Shown here: piece after piece, positions 51,367 to 64,000 of the stretch
How the letters are laid out: the number at the start of each line of letters is the position of its first letter
Position numbering within the stretch: the first letter of the stretch is position 1
From: Octopus sinensis
Lineage: Eukaryota
Assembly: GCF_006345805.1 (NCBI RefSeq)
Contig: NC_043006.1
Span: forward strand, 17,484,001-17,548,000
Direction: 5' to 3'
Length of the DNA: 64,000 nt
The notes under the pieces: model-generated
Told to the model about the DNA's origin: nothing
The model's database searches: none
What the model saw: the letters and a program-made list of their open reading frames with translations, nothing else
Made by a program: the position numbers and the translations under genes

Positions 51367-53098
51367 CTTTTTATTATTATTATTATATCACTACATTACC
51401 ATAAGGCGGATCAATTTGTAGATCGTTTATCAGCATTTCTTCCAATAGTCTGTAGGATAACGATAAGAATTCAACATCCATGTTATGTCTATTTCTAGTA
51501 AATCTCATCCCAAGAGTATATGCTGTGTTCTTAAATATTGATTTTCTCCATGTATTTTTAGGACTTGCCTTTTTTTTGTGTGCTTATGGCTTCATAACAA
51601 CGTTTGAGCGTGTGACTCAACAAGCTGATATAAATGAGTGCTTCCATCTCTCGTTAGTTTAGCATTTTCTGGTGATTTTATTATCATATTAATTCCTCAC
51701 TTATTAGCTAATCTATTTAGATACAGAAGGAAATACTCTGTTAACTATAGTCATTTCTTTTCGAACATCTTAAACCCGTCATTTTCATTAACCATGTTTA
51801 CAATGTCAGAGTGTTTCTCTCTTTCTCTTTTACTTGTTTCAGTCATTTGACTGCGGCCATGCTGGAGCACCGCCTTTAATCGAGCAACTCGACCCCGGGA
51901 CTTATTCTTTGTAAGCCCAGTACTTATTCTATCGGTCTCTTTTTTGCCGAACCGCTAAGTGACGGGGACGTAAACACACCAGCATCGGTTGTCAAGCGAT
52001 GCTAGGGGGACAAACACAGACACACAAACACACACACACATATATATATATATACATATATACGACAGGCTTCTTTCAGTTTCCGTCTACCAAATCCACT
52101 CACAAGGCATTGGTCGGCCCGGGGCTATAGCAGAAGACACTTGCCAAGATGCCACGCAGTGGAACTGAACCCGGAACCATGTGGTTGGTTAGCAAGCTAC
52201 TTACCACACAGCCACTCCTGCGTTTCTTTTTTATTATTATTATATCACTACATTACCATAAGGCGGATCAATTTGTAGATCGTTTATCAGCATTTCTTCC
52301 AATAGTCTGTAGGATAACGATAAGAATTCAACATCCATGTTATGTCTATTTCTAGTAAATCTCATCCCAAGAGTATATGCTGTGTTCTTAAATATTGATT
52401 TTCTCCATGTATTTTTAGGACTTGCCTTTTTTTTGTGTGCTTATGGCTTCATAACAACGTTTGAGCGTGTGACTCAACAAGCTGATATAAATGAGTGCTT
52501 CCATCTCTCGTTAGTTTAGCATTTTCTGGTGATTTTATTATCATATTAATTCCTCACTTATTAGCTAATCTATTTAGATACAGAAGGAAATACTCTGTTA
52601 ACTATAGTCATTTCTTTTCGAACATCTTAAGCCCGTCATTTTCATTAACCATGTTTACAATGTCAGAGTGTTTCTCTCTTTCTCTTTTACTTGTTTCAGT
52701 CATTTGACTGCGGCCATGCTGGAGCACCGCCTTTAATCGAGCAACTCGACCCCGGGACTTATTCTTTGTAAGCCCAGTACTTATTCTATCGGTCTCTTTT
52801 TTGCCGAACCGCTAAGTGACGGGGACGTAAACACACCAGCATCGGTTGTCAAGCGATGCTAGGGGGACAAACACAGACACACAAACACACACACACATAT
52901 ATATATATATATACATATATACGACAGGCTTCTTTCAGTTTCCGTCTACCAAATCCACTCACAAGGCATTGGTCGGCCCGGGGCTATAGCAGAAGACACT
53001 TGCCCAAGATGCCACGCAGTGGAACTGAACCCGGAACCATGTGGTTGGTTAGCAAGCTACTTACCACACAGCCACTCCTGCGTTTCTTTTTTATTATT
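51367..53098. repeat. Near-identical tandem duplication, units of ~857 and ~860 bp, each ending in a full SINE A (-; 51815-52222 and 52672-53082)
   Basis: Duplicate ORFs at 51480/52337 and 51638/52495. Junction microhomology tttttattatt. Differences include aaccc/agccc, a 1-bp indel and (TA) length. Confidence 0.95.
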
Positions 53099-54601
53099 TA
53101 TTATTTCTTTTGTTTTTGTGTTCTTTCAATGGTTTGGCGTGAATTTTGACCGTGTTAATCATCCCTCTTCATCAGCTGCAGGTCGACGCCTGCAGAGAGG
53201 AAATGACAAAGCGATTACATTCCGAGATTCTGAGGAGGAAAGGGACAAATAGAGGAAGAACTGGGCAAAGTGGTGTGAGATTGGGAGGTATAGGGACTAG
53301 CTTTATGGTGCATTGTTTTTAAGTAATGGGACATCATCAGGACTTGTGACCTTGTAGGCTCGAAGTGACACGTGGTGTGTGTGGGGCCTTGATATGAGTA
53401 GTGCTTTATTTCATTTAGTTTTTTTGTTATGGTGCTATCTTTAAAACTATTCCATTTGCATTGACCAATATAACTGAATAGCTACAACAATCCATGTTTA
53501 TCCCTTTTGTAACAATATTTCTGTGGAAACAGCACTGCCTTTGATGCAATTAATTTTGAAAATAATGAAGTATTTAGTAAAATAAATCTAATATTATTAA
53601 GCTGGTGTTTTGGTATGTACATTTGACATGATTTTGTCAGAAAAGGGGCAGTCCTAGATGGGTTGGTATCAAAAAGGTTAAGGCTTAAGGCATTGTGAAC
53701 ATTGTATTTTGATTGCTGTTTTTAATATTTTCTATTTAGCTGGAGTACAGTGTTCTCTTATTCTGTGATCCTATTTAGTAATGGTTGAACATCTAGTTCT
53801 TTCTTTTATTTTTTACTGGTTTCAGCCATGCTGGGGCACCACCTCGAAGAATTTTTAGTCGAATATACATGGTATTTATTCTAAGTAATAGATTTTGTGG
53901 AACAGCTAAGTTATGTGGATGTAAACACACCAACACCGGTTGTCAAGTGGTGGCGGCAGGTGACAAACACACAACAGGCTTCTTTCAGTTTCTATCTACC
54001 AAATCCACTCACAAGGCTTTTGGTTACCCTGAGGTTATAGCAGATGTTTGCCCAAGGTGCCATACTGTGGGACTGAACCTGAAACCATGTGTTTGGGAAG
54101 CAAGCTTCTTACCACATAGCCATGCCTGCACCTATATAGACACACATATTTGTATTTAAATAAACTTTTGACTATGTCTTTGAAATCACATGGCATAAAA
54201 AAAAAATGCATTGACTGGAATGTTAGTAGTAGGAATTACCAAATGTAGAATCAGGCCTAAGAGGATTTAGAATAAGGTAATTACATCAAATCTTATTTAC
54301 CTCACAGAGATTACACAGGATTGTGGCATGGAAGGATATTCAGTATTGTAGCCCATGTTGTTATGGGAAAATAGATATTAAAAACAATGATGATATAACT
54401 TCAAGACTTTTTTTTTTTAAATGATATATTTCTTCATAATAAGAAATTTCAAGGTTAGTTTCTCCTTTCTATTTCCTGATGTAAGACTTTACAAATTTCA
54501 GCTGATCAGTTTAGCATGCATTAATCATCATCATCAACATCAACAGTTAACGTCTGTTTTTCTTACTGGAATTGCTGCAGTAAGAAGCAGCACATCAAAG
54601 T

Positions 54602-55569
54602 ATATGATGTTTGATCAGAAAGTATTGGGGCTTATACTATAAAAATGAAAACGGATCTTTTCGGTTTGAATGGCAGTTTTTTCTAGCGGTGTCATATGAA
54701 AATGTCACACATAATTATGACCCTAGTATCGATCTATTGCATTTCAATCTGTTTACAGGTGTGGGGAAGGGTATCTTTTTTCTTCAGAAATGTAAATAAA
54801 CCCAATCTGTTTCTTAAATGAGAGACATGTTCATACGGCACATAATGTTTTCACCTCAATAGACGTCATTGATTGGTTGAAATTGCAGAAATTGAAGAAA
54901 AAAAAACAACAAATATCTTACAAACTATAGAATTTTCTCAATAAAGCCAAGATAAAAAGATGTTTTATAAACACATTCTACCAGTATATGAAGTTTAAAA
55001 GTGTTTAGTTACGTGGAAATTATTTTAAAAATTGCCGTTCAAACCGAAAAGATCCATGAAAACTACAACACATATCAATTCAGCATTTAATCTCCTTCAA
55101 TTTAGTTCCCCTTCTGAAGCCACACACTTTATCCAGAGTCATTTCCATTGATGGAAGCATTTCCGGAACTTTTTTGGGGATAGTGAGTAGCTGCCTAGTT
55201 GCATTCTCTTGGATTTCTTCAATGTTATGAAATATTGTCCCTGTCAAGTAGGATTTTATTTTCGAAAAGATTCTGGGCTGTAATAATCTTCAAGACATGA
55301 CTATATGCATGTGCGCATGCACACACACACACACATACATACACATATTTTTTTTGCGGTGGTCACTGTTGGAACCTCTGGTATGGTTAGACAACCACAC
55401 TCTACACACTTCCAAGCATTGCTATAAACAATGGAAATGAACAAGGATGTTATAACTCAGTGTGCATGTGCAACAGAGTTCAAGGTCAAACTCTGTCAAG
55501 CAGCTCCACTCTGCATGCTTTAGCTCTGTTACTATAGAAACAGTCCTAAGCATATTCAATACAGCATAT
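54602..55569 (-). mobile_element. Internally deleted mariner (same family as 9868-10753)
   Basis: 5' end 55375-55569 is homologous to the fold-back arms. 55085-55265 encodes a mariner C-terminus (KIKSYLTG..FHNIEEIQENATRQLL.IPK...EG..EGD). Other TIR at 54602. Confidence 0.75.
54653..55055. mobile_element. 403-bp MITE with GG..CC termini and 8-bp TSD (Merlin- or hAT-like), nested in the mariner
   Basis: TIR ggatcttttcggtttgaatggcagtttt / aaaattgccgttcaaaccgaaaagatcc; perfect TSD atgaaaac at 54645-54652 and 55056-55063. Confidence 0.9.
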
Positions 55570-58402
55570 TCAATAGGTTTCCATCTACTTGATTTCAATC
55601 ACAAGGTTATGAGGAAAGATGCTTGCTCTGAGTATCCTATATCAGAATGTAGAAAAATATTGTAACAATAAACTTAACGTATGTTCATGTTAATGATTGG
55701 GTCGTGTGGCATAAGATTCTCTATGCAAATGTTTTGTTTCATACATTAATTCCTCTTAGGAGATTTATAAGTAATTCATATTCTTGTATTCTGTCTTTAG
55801 AGCAAGTAACATCAACCTACATGGTACTTGAAAATAAACACACACATACAAAAAAAAAAAGATTGCAGAAATATATTTGGGAGGAATAATTTTGCAAACA
55901 TTAAATTTCATTATCTGGCATATCATTAAATTTGTATTTTAAATCTATAACCAATACTGACCAATATTTATTTGTCTTTGTTATTACCAGTTTAGCAATA
56001 ATTTATCATCACATTTAAATATTTTCTTTTATTGTAAATTATTCACGGGGAAACATTTTTTTGAATAATGTGTTCTTTCGATCATAATATATTCAATGCA
56101 ACATTGAATATAATATACAATGTTGTGTTGAGTATCATTCAAAATTCCACCTGCTGATACTGCAGTTTTCTTCCTGCTTCCGTTTAAAAAATTTTTTTTT
56201 TTTACTTTATTCCCAAAATCCATTAGGATACAGGGTATGGAACTAGGGGTGCATATGCACCTGTTTTTTGTTCTGGAATGTATGTTTTGTAATTTATTCT
56301 CATGAAATACAACTCTATAAAGCAGGTTGATGCAATCATCTTTATATTCAAGTAGAGCCCCAGCATGGCCACAGCAGTGATAGAAGCCAGCAAAAGGATA
56401 ATATACTTGGCCATATTCTACCGATCATTTACTATATAGGACATCATGCTTCTCTGCTAGCATCTTGTGGCACTGCTTGACTGTCTGGTGAATCAGAAGA
56501 TTGCTGCTTGTACCAAAATCTTATCCTTTGGCATTGATTCTATGGCTGGATGCACTTCCTAACATCAATCACTCTACAGAATGTACCTAGTGCTTTTTTT
56601 TTCTTCTATAGCACAAGCACTAATGTTGATTGCCTTGTAACTTTACAAGGCAAAAATCCTAAAGTGGCCCCTGGAAACCCTATTAAAAATTAAGAAATAA
56701 TTGGTAAAACCATTCCATGCTTTGCTTATCTAAAAACATTGGATTGGTTATGATAGCAAATGCTTCAGTTTTATGTGTGGGAGGTCTATTTTAATTTTCC
56801 TTCGCTTTGAGTCTTGAAAATAGTGTTTTTAAATTTTGTCTCATTGCTTTATTGCTTATATATATTGATATGTTGACTATGTTGCCATGTTACTTATTGT
56901 TTCCATCTTTCAACTGTTATACACATATACATCCTGAGAGAAAGATGTTAAATGTTCTATAAAAAAAAATAGGCATTTTATATGAATGAATATAATAGTT
57001 TTATTTAATCTTCATATATTTTTTTCTTTCTAAATTTCATTTGAAAAGAGATTGAGTTGTAGATGTTTATCTTTTTTTTTTTTCCCCCTTTTACTATTTT
57101 CTGTCTTTGTACTAATGTTATCTATTCATGATCTGTTGACTGATTCTATTTATAACTGCGAATACAATCAGTTTGATACACTGAAATTCTTCACAAGTAC
57201 TTATTGTTAAAATTTTTATAATAACTACGCTGTTTTCCATTTATTTTATACATATTGAATTATACATACACTTAATTCTTTCCATCAACTAAATTTTCTA
57301 CAAGTCCCATGATTTCTTAATTTCCATTGCTTCTTTCTTTCTTTGTCTCTTTTCTCTCTCTCTATGGTTACTGTTGAACAATATTTATCTTTAAGATTAT
57401 GTCTCAATTGTAATTATAAACACCTACGTATGTATTTTACACCGTCATTGGTGTTGTGCTAGTTGAGTTAGGCTGGTACTAATAGTGTCTTCATATTTTA
57501 TCTTTTTATTATTATTTTTTCTTCAGTTACCCCCATAGTCTATTGACGTACACCATGAATTTCCTGTTGACATGTTTATCAAGAATAATGAATCTAGGAG
57601 GTTCTTTGCTGTTCTGGTGTATGTGTGTGTAATATGACCATCATCTAATTTATATATATTGGTAGCTGACGCTGTTATATCAACAAATTAGATTACCTAC
57701 AACAAATGAATCAATGTTTCCAAAGACTTTCAAAATCATTAATTCTGTGTGCAGTATTCTGTATATGGAAGAGCTCAAGTTCCTTCACTATGAAATCCTC
57801 ATGAAATCCACTTTACTTTCTGCATATAGATTTATTGCTATTAGAATATTCAAGATAAGCATTTAATCACTTAATTTAATGGCTCTTGTCTTCCCACTGG
57901 CTAAATATGGATTGATTTACACATCCTATCCATATATTGCTTTAAGAAATTTACTGTCCTAATTTCCAGTGAACTTTGCTATTTGGTAAAGAATGTGAGA
58001 ATGATATACTTGCATATGGCTGTTAGAAGCTTGAAAACTAATATTTAATAAGCCATATATCTTTGAAGAATGATAATTCAGCTAAAGTTTAAAAGGTCTC
58101 GTATTTTTTTACATCAAACAGGTTAACACTACCTTATATATCAATTAATGCTTTAAAAACAATCAATAAGTATTCTCAGTTCTTATAGTTGCCAGATAAA
58201 ACTTTACAAATCAATGTTGTTTGTTGCAAAAAATAATCTATCTCAGATATCTTATAAAGAAGTGAAGAATTGTTACTGCATTTAAATATATATATATAGT
58301 TCTTTTACTCTATCTTTTGTTTGACCCTTTTGCTTAATCATGCTTAGTCACATGCTGAAGCAAGGTTATGTTTCTGTTGATATTTATGTAACTGATATTA
58401 TT

Positions 58403-58624
58403 ATTGTTATTATAGTGAAAATTCTCAAATTTTATTGTGTTTGTGTAATAAAGTACAACACATAAATTATTGAGTGTTGGAGATATTACTTTGTTCCATT
58501 CACAGAAATCTCAGTCAAACGTCATTGAATCAACCTGCAGTCTGAGATGAGCGATCATGCTGAAAATGATATTCAATACAAACTGTTTCTTTATATCTAT
58601 GTCAATTTGTCTGTCGGTTAAGAA
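58403..58624. repeat. 222-bp dispersed direct repeat, copy 1 (copy 2 at 60894-61115)
   Basis: Colinear, diverged by scattered substitutions. Confidence 0.92.
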
Positions 58625-58826
58625 GTTCACTCGACAACTATATGGTTTCAGGTTCAATCCTACTGCATAGCATCTTGAGCAAGTGTCTCCTTGGGCCCTA
58701 ATCTATTTCATATTATCAATCTCAGAAGGATGACTTCGACAGCGTTTGAACCCTGAATATAAAGTGCCGGTACAAATAATTTGTATCGGCACTTGTGAGT
58801 GGATTTGGTAAATGGAAACTGAAGCC

Positions 58827-58889
<63 letters not shown>

Positions 58890-59246
58890 CATACAAGTAA
58901 CACTGTCAAACAAGCAGTGTCCCTTGTTTCCGGTTTTCCATGCAAACATGTCTGGTGTTGGGGAAATATTACCTTTACTTGGAAACAGGTGAGGATTTGT
59001 GACAGGAAGGGCATCCAACCCTAGAAAATCTCTCAACCTATGCAAGTATGGGAAAGTGGAATTTAATCTGATGATGAAATATATGTATATACACATACAT
59101 TCATGAAGGTGTGTGACCTCGTGGTTAGGGTGTTGGACTTATGTTGTGAGTTCAATTCCTGAAATGGACAGTGCATTGTGTCCTTGATCAAGGTACATCA
59201 TTACTGTTGCTTTTGTCTATCCAGTTAAAAAGCTTATTTCCTTGCC

Positions 59247-59281
<35 letters not shown>

Positions 59282-59880
59282 GTATAGATGTATGTAATTA
59301 CTCATACACATACGTGTATGAGTGAATGTATGTATAGATCTTTATATGAAAACCATGTTCTTCAGGTTAGATTCAGTCTGGTCCAAACCAGTAATTTCAA
59401 TTCTATTTACATTCCTTGTTATATTAATATTTAAACTTTTTTTGTTCTGCAATTAGTTTACAGCTCAATTGGTTCATCATTGAATAATATTTAATTATAT
59501 TCCAGTAGTTTTGTCTTCAAAGGTTTCATTTTTTTGGGTTGTTTTCGAATCAGGTGATTAAGGAAAAAAAATTCTTGTATTTTTTTCTTCTAATTTTGTT
59601 GAAAACTTTTCTAACAACAAATTTTCATTCATCTCAAGATAATTTTTAAATACTCTACTTAACTTTCTATCTTATGTAATAATGTATGTTTCATATCTAT
59701 TAGTGATGCATTCAATTTCTATAACTAAGGTTTGCCTAATGAGCTATGTATTTGTATTGACATTTGCTAATATATTTTTAATTTTGTGCATTTTGCATTT
59801 TTAACTAAAATTATAATAAAAATATAATTCTGAATTATTTTATCTTGTGCTTAATTTAAATCTTGTATTTCATTCCTCAG

Positions 59881-59964
59881 TTGACACAACATATTAAATC
59901 TCTGCAGAAAGCATCTGCTGTCAGATTTCATAAGTATATTTTAATCAGATGTAGAGACTTTTGA
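59881..59964 (+). other. Candidate exon (LTQHIKSLQKASAVRFHKYILIRCRDF*)
   Basis: Clean acceptor cttgtatttcattcctcag; only phase 0 is open. No homology recognised. Confidence 0.25.
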
Positions 59965-61254
59965 TTCTTGTTCATTACGATCTTCTTAAAACCCTTTCCA
60001 CTTGTTTGATTTTGGTTGTTTGTTTACCAGCATCTGGATGCTTAGTGAACAGGAAATGGTTTGTAACATCTCCATGCTTAAACGTGTTCAGCTAAGCATA
60101 AATATCCTTCTTAATAGTTCTGCAAAATGAATAATCAGTTTTGATTAATGGAAACACGTGTTTTGATTTTCACTGACGAGAAATTTATTGGATGGAATAG
60201 TTAGTTAACTTGGTTTATCGGATTAGCAACAAACTTTTTGCTATATTGAATCATTTCTGTAATTTATTTTGAGATACTGGTTATGTTGTCTTTTAATTTT
60301 TCAGTATGTAATACTTAATGAAATTGTATGCAAAATTATTTTGAAATTTTAGAATAGTTAATAAAATCTGTTGCAATAGACAAATCATCATCAGCACGTC
60401 GGACGAAGTGCTCAGCAGTATTTCACCCGTCGCTACGTTCTGGGTTCAAATTCCGCCACGGTCGACTTTGCCTTTCATCCTTTCGGGGTCGATAAATTAA
60501 GTACCAGTTTGCATACTGGGGTTGATTAAATCGACTGACCTGTTCCCCAATATTTCTGGCCTTGTGCCTATAGTAGAAAGGATTATTTAAGATCTGTTTT
60601 CCATGGGTTGGACAGTTTGTCAGGAGCTGGCAAGTCAGGAGACTGCACCAATCTCTGCTGTCTGTTTTGGCATGGTTTCTATGGTTGAAGACTCTCAACC
60701 ACTTTACTGCATGGTTTGAGTGCGTTTTACATAGCACCAGCAGCATTGAGGTCTACGAATAATTTACAAGACAAAACTGCTCAACTGATGTTGTTGTAGT
60801 GTTGAGGAAGGTAGAGCACAAGGAAATGAGTTCAGTCCCTGGTACTGCCTGGTTATTTAATATATTTTTTTTATTAATCCTGGCCCTAAATAGATTGTTA
60901 TTATAGTGAAAATTTTCAAATTTTATTGTGTTTGTGTAATAAAGTACAACACATAAATCATTGAGTGTTGGAGATATTACTTTGTTCCATTCACAGAAAC
61001 CTCAGTCAAATACCATTGAATCAACCTGCAGTCTTAGATGGGTGATCATTCTGAAAATGATACTCAATACAAAGTGGTTCTTTATATCTATATCAATTTG
61101 TCTGCCAGTTAAGAATTAATCTTAGAAGTTTTGAACAACAGCATAGACACTGCCTTGTCTCCCCTGACCAAGCAATTAAACCCCATCAATAAAAACCATT
61201 GGGCTGGAAAAAACGGAATTAAACACACAAATATGGGCTTCTGTTTATTAGATG

Positions 61255-62505
61255 ACATACATAGGCTTAAACATGGCTGTGTGGTTAAGAAATTTGTTTT
61301 GCAACCATATGGTTACATGTTCAGTCCTACTGCATAGCACCTTTGGCAGGTCTCTTCTACTATCACCCCCAGGTCAACCAAAGCTTTGAGTGGAATTAGT
61401 TGATGGAAATGGAAAGAAACCTGTGATATATGTGCATGTGTGTCTTTGTTCGTCCCTCCCCACCAACTCCACTTGACAATCGGTGTTGGTTTGTTTACAT
61501 TCCTGTAACTTAGCTGTGTAACAAAAAGAGACTGATAGAATAAGTACCAGACTTTAAGCAAAGAAATAAAAAAAAGTACTGGGGTTGATTTTAAACCCTT
61601 TAAGGCAGTGTCTGATGACTGAAACAATTTAAAGATAATGATAAAAGGTGTGTGTGTGAGAGTTTATGTCTCCTTGTCTTGATATCACTCTTGTGGAGGC
61701 ACATGGCCTAGTGGTTAGAGCAGCGGACTCACCGTCGAGGGATCGCGGGTTCGAATCTCAGACCGGATGATGTGGGTGTTTATGAGCAAAACACCTAAGC
61801 TCCACTCGGCTCCGGCAGAAGGTAATGGCGAAACTTCTGCTGACTCTTTCACTACAACTTTCTCTTACTCTTTCCTCTTGCAGCTCATCTGCGACGGACC
61901 AGCGTCCCATCTGGGTGGGGAACCTATATGCCAAGAAACCGGGAAACCGGCCCTTATGAGCCAGGCATGGCTCGAGAAGGAACAAACAACACCACTCTTG
62001 GGTTGTACCTGAGCATCATCAGTCAACAGGTGTTGTTTGTTTCCAGTTTTCTCTGAAAACATGTTCAGCCATGCAGAAAAAAAAAAAAGAACCTTCTTGA
62101 AAACAATTGAATATTTCTGACATGAAACGTCTCTGGTTATAAAAAAATCTGCCTCAAAGATTTCTGTCTGACACATGCAGGAACAGAAACGTTGACATTA
62201 AAGTGGTGATGATGGTGGTGGTGGCAGTGGTGGGTGTATGCTTTGTATGTTCACTCTGAAATATTGTCTACCTATTTCTTTACTGCTCACAAGGGGCTAC
62301 ACACAAAGGGGACAAACAAGGACAGACAAATGGATTAAGTCAATTATATCCATCCCAGTGTGTAACTGGTACTTATTTAATCAACCCCGAAAGGATGAAA
62401 GGCAAAGTCGACCTTGGGGGAATTTGAACTCAGAACGTAGTGGCAGATGAAATACCGCTAAGCATTTTGCCCGGTGTGCTAACGATTCTGCCAGCTTGCC
62501 GCCTT
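61255..62505. mobile_element. SINE A (+, ~61255-61640), SINE D (+, 61692-61990) and SINE B (-, 62285-62505)
   Basis: Family motifs as listed above. Confidence 0.8.
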
Positions 62506-64000
62506 TCTGAAATATTGTCTACCATCATAGATATTATGTGGTACTGATAGACTTCTCTATCGAATGCCATCAGGATGTATTCTGCTATTAGCAGAAGTAC
62601 TTCTATAAAAGATTTCTGTTTATGAAATTATGTGATAAGCTTTTTGTTTTATTTGAACATTGTTATGTCTGTTTATTGCTTCTTACTCTATAAAATGGTA
62701 TAGATATTTTGCGTGTTGCTGATTTCTTCTTTTATTTACTTCTAAGCCAGTGTTCTTATCTTAGTTGTAGGTGAACTGCACCTGCTTAGAAAATATCAAA
62801 TGAATAATACACAATCAATATTTGAACCAAATAAGACAATACCTTAGAGAATGACTGAAATGAACCAGTCTGAATCAAATGCTAGGCTCCACAAAGTCTT
62901 ATATATTTTACTCAGTATATTCCAAATAGTTGAAAGGAATCACATTGAGATCATAATAGGTGTCTCATGCACACAGAAAACAATAATATACAGACAAATA
63001 TTGAATGATCTATGAGAAAAGTATTAAATTGGATGATTAAATGAGAAATATATAATTCTATAATAAATTTTCAGTTAAGCACATGGAGTAGAACTAAGTG
63101 TTTGAAACCTTCATACTTCATATTTAATCACACATTTTAACGATAACAGAATATTCTTTGAATATAACCAAGCTCAAGCAAGCAACACATTGTTCAAAAA
63201 GATGTGTTGCTAAATTTGAAATTTTGATTTTATCTTTGTTCTTAGCTTCCATATTTTGGAAGATAAAGAGTTTCATTCAAAACTGTTGAAAGCAATTATT
63301 GGGTTCCTGGAGTTTGAATCGGTAAAAATGTACCGACTCCAGTTCGAAATTAATGTAAATTGTAATCTAATTCATTAAAATTTTCAATTTCACAGATACT
63401 AATTCAAATGTTCTGAACTGAAAATAGTCAAATTAGATTTATGGGCTTCCCTGAAGCAACTCTTGTTTCCAAGAACAACATATTAAAAAAAATTGGGGTT
63501 TGGATTTTGAACTAAATCACTCCACCACCCCCGACTTCTTTTGCAATACATCTTTTTTTTAAAAAATCTGTAGGGATGAATCTTTTACTTATTAACAGCA
63601 TTGTCGTGGCCAATGCTGGCGTCACATAATTAGCATCCATGCCAGTGGCACGTAAAAAGCACCCTTCATAAATTGGGCCTCATGGTGGCAATGATTTGTT
63701 TAATTTAATGTAATTTTTCTCATTACATTCACTAAAAATTTACATCTAAACAATGCTTTAACCTCAAAAAATGAGGTATTTACATCTCAAATTGAATTTA
63801 TTTCTTTTAAAATAATCATTTGTTGAGTTTGTGTTGTTTAGTCTTTTAGTTATAATTTTGATGAATGCAAGATTTTCCTGATTTTTTCATATTTTTTTTA
63901 CTTTATGACCTTTGATAAAAGCAACCTTTTAAGAGTTTGTGAGTTTTATTTAATGCTTAATGTTTTGTAATTTCTTGATTAAATAATACTATAAAGAAAA

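Larger units (their letters stand above)
38580..53250. promoter_or_regulatory. CpG-retaining (putatively germline-unmethylated) domain
   Basis: By eye, CG dinucleotides in unique sequence are much more frequent here than on either side, with a sharp left edge at gtacacgcgcc (~38585). Not quantified. Confidence 0.55.

Noticed and set aside
53170-53320. GC-richer stretch LQVDACREEMTKRLHSEILRRKG...
   Set aside because: Weak splice context and no recognised homology; it only marks the approximate right edge of the CpG domain.
58403-61115. LTR pair or TRIM interpretation of the 222-bp repeats (and of the 73-bp repeats at 45933/47211)
   Set aside because: No shared TG..CA boundaries with distinct flanks, no PBS or PPT, no 4-6 bp TSD and no retroviral ORF inside.

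Overview
AT-rich, repeat-dense animal DNA, almost certainly from an octopus (Octopus sp.; inferred from the SINE repertoire and microsatellite load). I find no intact protein-coding gene, CRISPR array, rRNA or true tRNA, and nearly all ORF-track entries are microsatellite or SINE artefacts. The window is a mosaic of five tRNA-type or RTE-type SINE families (my labels A-E), decayed Tc1/mariner transposons (a maT-like copy, a fold-back mariner, an internally deleted mariner carrying a nested MITE), piggyBac-, hAT- and Merlin-like MITEs, fossil R4/Dong and CR1 LINE fragments, and long (TA)n/(TG)n/(TAA)n tracts. A CpG-rich domain (~38.6-53.2 kb) begins abruptly at a candidate first exon (38704-38844). 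The most interesting pattern is repeated tandem or inverted reiteration at SINE 5' junctions: 6x145 bp, ~9.5x43 bp, 2x34 bp, 2x118 bp and a 59-bp fold-back hairpin. There is also a 71-bp target-site duplication, SINE dimers that moved as single units, and two near-identical ~0.86-kb tandem duplications. Family names and mechanisms are inference; no database search was run.
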